From: Spirochaetaceae bacterium
Lineage (GTDB): Bacteria; Spirochaetota; Spirochaetia; WTKD01
Assembly (NCBI GenBank): GCA_011524535.1
Contig: WTKD01000002.1
Span: forward strand, 20,868 to 84,867
Direction of reading: 5' to 3'
DNA: 64,000 nt
The notes beneath the pieces are model-generated. The model was given only the letters and a program-made list of their open reading frames with translations, was not told where the DNA came from and ran no database searches. Position 1 is the first letter of the stretch, and each line of letters begins with the position of its first letter. Both the position numbers and the translations under genes were made by a program. Shown in pieces: positions 58,189 through 64,000 of this stretch.

Positions 58189-59085
58189 ATGCCAATGTCT
58201 AAGGGAATGAAACGTTTTTTTCTTTTTTTGTTGCTGCTAGCCTGCATACTTGCTGTTGTCTTCTTTTTTGTGCGTAGGGGCTTTTTCTCGTTTAGACAGT
58301 TTAGTATCACGGGCACGATGGTAGAGTTGTGGAATTCTGAGCAATATGAAGAGCTATATTTGCAAACGAAAGAGCTTCTTTCTGAGAATGCCTTTGATAA
58401 GACATACCTCAAATTTTTTGGATACAGTTCATATGCTTTGGGTTATTGGCAACCAGACGAAAACGAGAGAGAACGTTTTTTAAACGATGCAATTATTTCG
58501 CTAAGACGTTTGTCATTGTTTGAGAAAAATACGATTTCTAGTAATTATGCCTTCATACTGGGCAAGGCATATTTTCACTCCAATCAGTATGAGAAAAGCA
58601 TAGAATATTTAGAACAGGCGCAAGAAGTGGATAGGTATAACCCAGGTATTAATGAATACCTTATAACTTTATATGATGCAACGACACAGGTTGGAAAATT
58701 GGAGTCTGTACTCGACAATTTGTATGGCGAAAGCAAATTGAGTGAATATGCCAGAGCCCGAGTATATATGATGAAGAAAGAGTATGCTCGCGCAAACGAG
58801 GCCTTCTCTAAATTTATTTCAAAATACGATTCTAGTAATCGATTAGTGTATCAGAGTATTATACAACAAGCAAGAATTCTCTATGTTATGGAGGAATTTG
58901 ATTCTGCACTTGATGTATTACACCAGGTAACAGATGATAATCCTGCTGACATTTCTGCGTTGAATTTGTTGGGCGATGTGTATCTGTCGGTGGGCGATGA
59001 GCAATTGGCACGTTTCTATTGGAGAGAAGTTCTTACTATATCTCCTGAAAACCAAGAGGCAATTAGTAAACTGAGGGGAACATAG
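58189..59085 (+). CDS. tetratricopeptide-repeat protein with N-terminal TM
   Basis: multiple TPR-like helical repeats (…AYFHSNQYEKSIEYLEQAQEV…). Confidence 0.65.
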   Translation: MPMSKGMKRFFLFLLLLACILAVVFFFVRRGFFSFRQFSITGTMVELWNSEQYEELYLQTKELLSENAFDKTYLKFFGYSSYALGYWQPDENERERFLNDAIISLRRLSLFEKNTISSNYAFILGKAYFHSNQYEKSIEYLEQAQEVDRYNPGINEYLITLYDATTQVGKLESVLDNLYGESKLSEYARARVYMMKKEYARANEAFSKFISKYDSSNRLVYQSIIQQARILYVMEEFDSALDVLHQVTDDNPADISALNLLGDVYLSVGDEQLARFYWREVLTISPENQEAISKLRGT

Positions 59086-59191
59086 CTGTTCTGGTATTAT
59101 ATTATGATGCGGCAGCATAATAAATCATTTTGTATATGTGTTTCTATTTCTTAGAACACAGGCTACAATGGCACAAGGATATAAGTGGTAA

Positions 59192-60223
59192 ATGGGTCTT
59201 CGTTCTTTATTTCAAAATTTTTCAGCTGACATTGGTATGGATCTCGGAACTTGCAATACATTGGTTTTTGTGAGAGGTAGAGGTATTGTCATAAATGAGC
59301 CTTCTGTAGTGGCTCTTGAAAAGGGTACAAAGCGTGTTGTTGCGGTTGGATCAGAAGCAAAAAAAATGCTTTGGAAAACTCCTAACGATATTATCGCTAT
59401 TCGACCTCTTCGGGATGGAGTTATTGCAGACCTCGAAACTACCGAGAAAATGATCCGATATTTCATAAGCAAGGTTCTCCAGAGGAAGATATTTGTCAAA
59501 CCTCGCATGGTTATAGGTGTTCCTTCTTGTATTACCGATGTTGAGCGACGCGCGGTGGTCGAAAGCGCTGAGAAAGCGGGTGCGCGAGAGGTAAAGGTAA
59601 TCGAAGAATCTCTTGCTGCAGCCATAGGAGCCCAGATCCCGATTTTTGAGCCAGCAGGACATATGATCTGTGATATTGGTGGTGGAACAAGCGAAATTTC
59701 AGTGATTAGCTTGGGGGGTATGGTTGTCACAAATGCGATTCGTATCGGAGGAGATGAATTCGATGAATCGATTGTCAAACATATTCGTACACTGCATAAT
59801 CTTGTGATCGGTGAAGCAACAGCAGAGGAGATGAAGCGAACGATAGGTAACGCGGTTGCAGATCCAAAAATTGAAAAAATAGAAATAAAGGGAACAGACG
59901 CTATTACAGGTCTTCCACGTCGTTTGGAGATCGATAGCGTTGAAGTGAGAGATGCTTTACAAGAACCTCTTACCGCAATAATCGATGAAATAAAAAGAAC
60001 CCTGGGACAAACTCCGCCTGAATTGGCTGCGGATATTATGGAACGTGGCATTGTATTAGCTGGAGGCGGGTGCTTACTGAAAGGTTTAGACACCTTGATC
60101 GCCCGTGAAACTGGAGTTCCCACTATACGTGCAGAAGATCCTGCGAATTGTGTTGTCATTGGTACGAGCTTATTTTTTAAAATCGAAAAAAATAAGGCTT
60201 CAATGAGCCAGACTAGAACTTGA
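59192..60223 (+). CDS. mreB: rod-shape-determining protein MreB
   Basis: actin-fold phosphate motifs [15 protein letters not shown]. Confidence 0.9.
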   Translation: MGLRSLFQNFSADIGMDLGTCNTLVFVRGRGIVINEPSVVALEKGTKRVVAVGSEAKKMLWKTPNDIIAIRPLRDGVIADLETTEKMIRYFISKVLQRKIFVKPRMVIGVPSCITDVERRAVVESAEKAGAREVKVIEESLAAAIGAQIPIFEPAGHMICDIGGGTSEISVISLGGMVVTNAIRIGGDEFDESIVKHIRTLHNLVIGEATAEEMKRTIGNAVADPKIEKIEIKGTDAITGLPRRLEIDSVEVRDALQEPLTAIIDEIKRTLGQTPPELAADIMERGIVLAGGGCLLKGLDTLIARETGVPTIRAEDPANCVVIGTSLFFKIEKNKASMSQTRT

Positions 60224-61038
60224 TGCAACAGGATGGAGGCGGTAGATATGTTTCGTTTGTATTTTTCTGCCTGTTGATTGCATCATGTTTTTTGCTTTTC
60301 TTTTCACTTAGAACCGAAATTCTTTCAAATAGTTTATATTCAGTGGTAGCGCCCGTTCATGAATTTAGCAACAGGGTAAGGGCAGATATTCAAGGAATTG
60401 CGCAGTATTCATTAAAACTAGAGCAAAACGCAGCGAAGGAACAGGAGTGGGAGACGTATTTGTTTGATCATGCGTTAGAAAATTCCTTTATTGAAGAAAT
60501 ACAAAAGGAAAATCAAGAACTTCGTAGCTTGCTCAATTACGTGCAGCGCACCGATTACTCGACAACGCTAGCGCAGGTTATCGCCTATACACCCGCAACC
60601 CCGCAGGCACAGTTTACCATTGATGTTGGGGAAAGCAAAAATATTAGGAAAAATGATACAGTGATAGCACGTGTCGGTGACGAAATAGTGCTGGTGGGTA
60701 AAGTTCTAACAACCTCTTTCAACACCGCACAAGTGCTACCAATTACAAATCAATTTTCTAATGTCTTGGCCCGAACCGTTGATGGAAATTTTGCCGGATT
60801 ATTGACTGGTACGGGAAGACAATTAACAATGCGATATGTTGATGCTGCTGCGAGAAATGTGGTTTCTGTAGGCACTGAAATAGTTTCTTCAAATGAAAGT
60901 AATATGATTGTACCGGGAATACTTATTGGGGAAGTGGCACGGGTTAGCGAGGATAGGCAAAACGTTTCTTTAGAATTAAGGGTTTCACCGTTTGTGGAAC
61001 TTGCTTCGCTGCAATATGTCTTAGTGATACAACAATGA
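60220..61038 (+). CDS. mreC: rod-shape-determining protein MreC
   Basis: N-terminal TM/coiled coil, MreC beta domains; ATGA-coupled to mreB. Confidence 0.85.
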   Translation: MMQQDGGGRYVSFVFFCLLIASCFLLFFSLRTEILSNSLYSVVAPVHEFSNRVRADIQGIAQYSLKLEQNAAKEQEWETYLFDHALENSFIEEIQKENQELRSLLNYVQRTDYSTTLAQVIAYTPATPQAQFTIDVGESKNIRKNDTVIARVGDEIVLVGKVLTTSFNTAQVLPITNQFSNVLARTVDGNFAGLLTGTGRQLTMRYVDAAARNVVSVGTEIVSSNESNMIVPGILIGEVARVSEDRQNVSLELRVSPFVELASLQYVLVIQQ

Positions 61039-61544
61039 CAATAGTTAGAGGGATATTTGTATTTTTTTTAATGGCTTTTCTTGCCATTTTGCAAACTACG
61101 GCAATAATTCCCGTGATGGGGGGGGTCTATGTCGATTTTTTGTTGATAGCTTCTGTTTTTCTTGTTCGTACCCATGCAAGGGGCTATTTTTTATTGATTG
61201 TGTTTCTATCGACGTTATATGTTGATGTTGTTTCCTATTCTCCTCTGGGCTTATCGACCTTTTGGTATTGTCTCGCCGTATATGTAATTATCAGGTTGCG
61301 AGAATCGGTCTATCATTATTCATTGATGAGTAATTATACTATCTTTTTTGTTGCAGCCATTTCAAAACTTGTATACATAACGCTTGTAGCCAGCATATTA
61401 CGTCTTTTTTCATATACCTTGCCTCTCTTTACTTGGGAGGATCTTATTTCGACAGGATTCAGTATTGCGTGTATGACTTTTCTTTGCGCATTAGTATACT
61501 TAAGTAGAATTTTGATTAATAGAGGACAATATAATGAAACATAA
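61035..61544 (+). CDS. mreD: rod-shape-determining protein MreD
   Basis: 169 aa polytopic membrane protein in mreBCD position. Confidence 0.75.
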   Translation: MTIVRGIFVFFLMAFLAILQTTAIIPVMGGVYVDFLLIASVFLVRTHARGYFLLIVFLSTLYVDVVSYSPLGLSTFWYCLAVYVIIRLRESVYHYSLMSNYTIFFVAAISKLVYITLVASILRLFSYTLPLFTWEDLISTGFSIACMTFLCALVYLSRILINRGQYNET

Positions 61545-63354
61545 CATTGGCAGACGTTTCTTTATAATAAGACTGACATTTTCTTTTTCTATACTCCTTC
61601 TTTTAGTATTTGCCTTTAGAGTACAGGTCGTCGAAGGTGTTATATACAAACAACGAGCGACAAGATATTTCACAACTAACAGAATTATACCAGCAAAACG
61701 GGGTAATATATACGCGAGGAATAATGATTTGCTTGCCGGATCAAAGCTCTTTTTTCAAGTAGCTGTTGTTCCTGCCAAACAGAATGAGCAGTTTCGGAAT
61801 ACGTTTAAGCAATTGTTTCCTGATCAATGGGAAAATATTTCGTCGATACTAGATGATCATAGCGACAGTTATGTTTTGACCCCCGTTCTCAATCGAGTTA
61901 CCAAAGAACAGCTTTTTGCATTGGTTGAGCAGTTGGAAGACAAACAAGCGGTACAATGGTATCCGCAGTTACTCAGAGATTATCAGTTTTCAGATTCACT
62001 TTCCCATGTTGTTGGTCATGTAGGTAATATTTCATTATCCGAATACCAGGTTCGTATCAATGACGGGTATGTACAAACGTCTAATGTTGGAAAATTGGGT
62101 GTTGAAGCTTCATACGAAGAGTTATTGCGTGGTACCGATGGAAAAATCAGTGGTAGGGTAGACGCGACTGGACAACTAGTTGAAACGTTTGGAGATATTC
62201 AAAATGAAGAAGGTGGAAATGACATATATCTCACTATCGATCCGGACATACAAAAATTAGCAGAAGATGCCCTCGGAGAGCGAACGGGAGCGGTGGTTGT
62301 GATGAATCCGCGTAATGGTGAAATTCTCGCCCTGGTATCTTTTCCAACATATGATCCAAATGAGCTCCTTGGAAATGATGCTAATGCGGTGTTTGCGTCT
62401 CTTCAAAGAAACCCGAAGGCCCCTTTTTTGAATCGGGCGATCCAAACCGCGGTTGCTCCGGCCTCTACTTTTAAAATTGTCACAAGTCTTGCATTGCTAC
62501 AGAAAGAAGAATTCTCTCATGAAGAGATTATTTATGCTGGTGGCGAATTTCGCTTGGGAAACAGGATTTTTCGCTGCTGGTTACCTTCGGGTCATGGCAA
62601 TCAGAACTTGAGGCAAGCGTTTGCAAATTCCAGCAATGTCTATTTCTACACGATGGCGCATCGATTTTTGACAGGAGATGAGATTACTCAGATGGGTCTC
62701 TCATTGGGGCTGGGAACGAAGACAGGGGTCGACCTTGTGAGCGAAGAACAAGGATTTCTTCCAACATCCGAATGGAAGGAGCGTTATCTCAATGAGCCAT
62801 GGCAAGGGGGCGATACGGTGAATATGTCTATTGGTCAGGGCTTTATAACGGCTACTCCCATGCAATTGGCCTCTCTTGTTTCTCGCATCGCCAACGGAGG
62901 AACAGCGTATAAGCCGCACATTCTCAGAGAAGTCCGAGATAGCAATTCTGGACGGATTGTTGAGCGCCATGAGCCTGAAGCTCTTCCTTCTACCGATATT
63001 CCCACCGAGCATTGGGAAATGCTCCAAGATATGATGCGCAAGGTAATCGTCGACGGGACCGCTGAAGTTGTGATGACAACAAATGCAACAGAAGTCGCTG
63101 GAAAAACGGGTACTGGGCAAGTGGGAGCGAGCTTTGATGCGCTTATATCGTGGTTTGTTTCTTATGCTCCCCATAAACCAAAAGAAGGCGAAGATCAGTA
63201 TGTTGTTGTTGTCATGGTTGATAGCACAAACGAATGGGAATGGTGGGCGCCAAAAGCAGCCAATTTTATTTTCCATGGTATTTTCACAGAGCAAAACCTA
63301 GCGGATACAGTCGAAGACTTAATTGATGTCGGAGGGTTGTGGTATCGACCCTAA
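61534..63354 (+). CDS. mrdA: penicillin-binding protein 2 (elongasome transpeptidase)
   Basis: PBP dimerisation domain, transpeptidase STFK / SSN / KTGT. Confidence 0.9.
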   Translation: MKHNIGRRFFIIRLTFSFSILLLLVFAFRVQVVEGVIYKQRATRYFTTNRIIPAKRGNIYARNNDLLAGSKLFFQVAVVPAKQNEQFRNTFKQLFPDQWENISSILDDHSDSYVLTPVLNRVTKEQLFALVEQLEDKQAVQWYPQLLRDYQFSDSLSHVVGHVGNISLSEYQVRINDGYVQTSNVGKLGVEASYEELLRGTDGKISGRVDATGQLVETFGDIQNEEGGNDIYLTIDPDIQKLAEDALGERTGAVVVMNPRNGEILALVSFPTYDPNELLGNDANAVFASLQRNPKAPFLNRAIQTAVAPASTFKIVTSLALLQKEEFSHEEIIYAGGEFRLGNRIFRCWLPSGHGNQNLRQAFANSSNVYFYTMAHRFLTGDEITQMGLSLGLGTKTGVDLVSEEQGFLPTSEWKERYLNEPWQGGDTVNMSIGQGFITATPMQLASLVSRIANGGTAYKPHILREVRDSNSGRIVERHEPEALPSTDIPTEHWEMLQDMMRKVIVDGTAEVVMTTNATEVAGKTGTGQVGASFDALISWFVSYAPHKPKEGEDQYVVVVMVDSTNEWEWWAPKAANFIFHGIFTEQNLADTVEDLIDVGGLWYRP

Positions 63355-64000
63355 GGTCTCAAATTCTAGGTATTTTTTGGACGTTTATTTGTCCGTATCG
63401 ACTGTCCTGCTTATTGTACTGGGCTGTCTGTTTATATATTCAAGCGGATACGTTGTTAATGTTGGTATTTCAACGGATTCGTTTTTCAGACAGCTCATTT
63501 GGATTGCTATCAGCATCGCTATCGCTGTTGCTATTTTCTTGTTTGATCTAACATTCCTCGAACAATTTGCTACGATAATCTATGGTATTGTACTTGCGCT
63601 TTTGATCGTTACATTACTTTTTGGGCGCGAAGTCAATGGAGCTCGTTCTTGGCTTGGGATTGGCTCGATTGGATTCCAAATATCGGAATTTGCAAAACTT
63701 GCTCTTATTTTATTTTTGGCCAAGCAATGCAATATACATCGAAACGAAATTCACCAGGTAGGCAATTTCATCAGAATTTTTTTCCTTGCATCAGCTCCTA
63801 CTTTTCTTGTGCTAGTGCAGCCAGATTTGGGTACAGCTATTATTTTTCCATTGATAACCGTGGTTATGCTCTATTTTGGAGGAGCACGCATCCGGCATCT
63901 CAGTTTTGTCCTTACTGCTTTTGTTGCTTCAGTAGGAATTATCATACTCTATGCCTGGTTTAGTAGGACGGGTGATTATGTGCCCTCTGTTTTTTCCGTG
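63326..64000 (+). CDS. rodA: peptidoglycan glycosyltransferase RodA (SEDS family), 3' end beyond window
   Basis: frame-2 translation MSEGCGIDPKVSNSRYFLDVYLS…GSIGFQISEFAKLALILFLAK…PDLGTA, no stop to window end; absent from ORF track because open-ended. Confidence 0.8.
   Translation, partial: MSEGCGIDPKVSNSRYFLDVYLSVSTVLLIVLGCLFIYSSGYVVNVGISTDSFFRQLIWIAISIAIAVAIFLFDLTFLEQFATIIYGIVLALLIVTLLFGREVNGARSWLGIGSIGFQISEFAKLALILFLAKQCNIHRNEIHQVGNFIRIFFLASAPTFLVLVQPDLGTAIIFPLITVVMLYFGGARIRHLSFVLTAFVASVGIIILYAWFSRTGDYVPSVFSV

Noticed and set aside
57778-58412. ORFs 57778-58008, 57851-58102 and 58125-58412 (all minus strand)
   Set aside because: They overlap the RNase P RNA gene, whose conserved primary and secondary-structure elements explain this sequence.
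59212-60228. 338-aa ORF antisense to the whole of mreB
   Set aside because: Low-complexity, Ser/Ala/Ile-rich translation typical of the reverse strand of a conserved gene. mreB on the + strand has all actin-fold motifs. No independent start or SD context.
62701-63294. 197-aa ORF antisense within pbp2
   Set aside because: Lies entirely inside a strongly supported PBP2 gene. No recognisable domain.
63339-63963. ORFs 63339-63551 (+) and 63649-63963 (+)
   Set aside because: Out-of-frame with the continuous RodA reading frame (frame 2 from 63326), which has SEDS-family motifs.

Overview
This 64 kb window is a gene-dense, almost entirely core-genome chromosomal segment from a spirochete, about 40% GC, most likely Treponema- or Spirochaeta-like. 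Three things point to a spirochete. The flagellin is a FlaB core protein beginning [12 protein letters not shown] FlaA filament-sheath protein is present. The local gene order Bpur(PUR-domain)-rnhB-smc, with a short SMC, matches Borrelia synteny.

Genes I can support, by function:
- Translation: the 3' end of glyQS, tyrS, ffh, rpsP, a KH protein, rimM, trmD, rplS, rpmF, map, and tRNAs Leu, Gly, Thr and Tyr. An RNase P RNA (rnpB) sits where the ORF track shows only spurious ORFs.
- Cell envelope and shape: PBP1A, an M23 peptidase, an Amidase_3 with a GerMN partner, MltG, mreB-mreC-mreD-pbp2-rodA, and a 1358-aa OmpA-domain protein built from 8 FlgD-Ig-like repeats.
- Fe-S assembly: sufT-sufC-sufB-sufD followed by a Rieske gene.
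- Replication and transcription: dnaG-rpoD, rnc and acpP.
- Motility: flaA-cheA(W)-cheX-cheY and a separate flaB.
- cAMP-type signalling: two cNMP-binding proteins, including a Crp homologue, near a class III adenylate cyclase.

The least ordinary stretch is a co-directional, tightly packed block at 16.5-24.8 kb. It starts with an XRE regulator and four uncharacterised small, membrane, Zn-ribbon and DUF192 proteins. These lead into a sugar-nucleotide tailoring cluster: a degenerate radical-SAM/SPASM-like protein, a SpsF/COG1861 cytidylyltransferase, a PseG-like/methyltransferase fusion and an ATP-grasp protein. That cluster lies just upstream of the amidase and flaA, and I read it as a candidate flagellin or envelope glycan-modification system.

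I found no CRISPR array, IS element, integrase or clear prophage.
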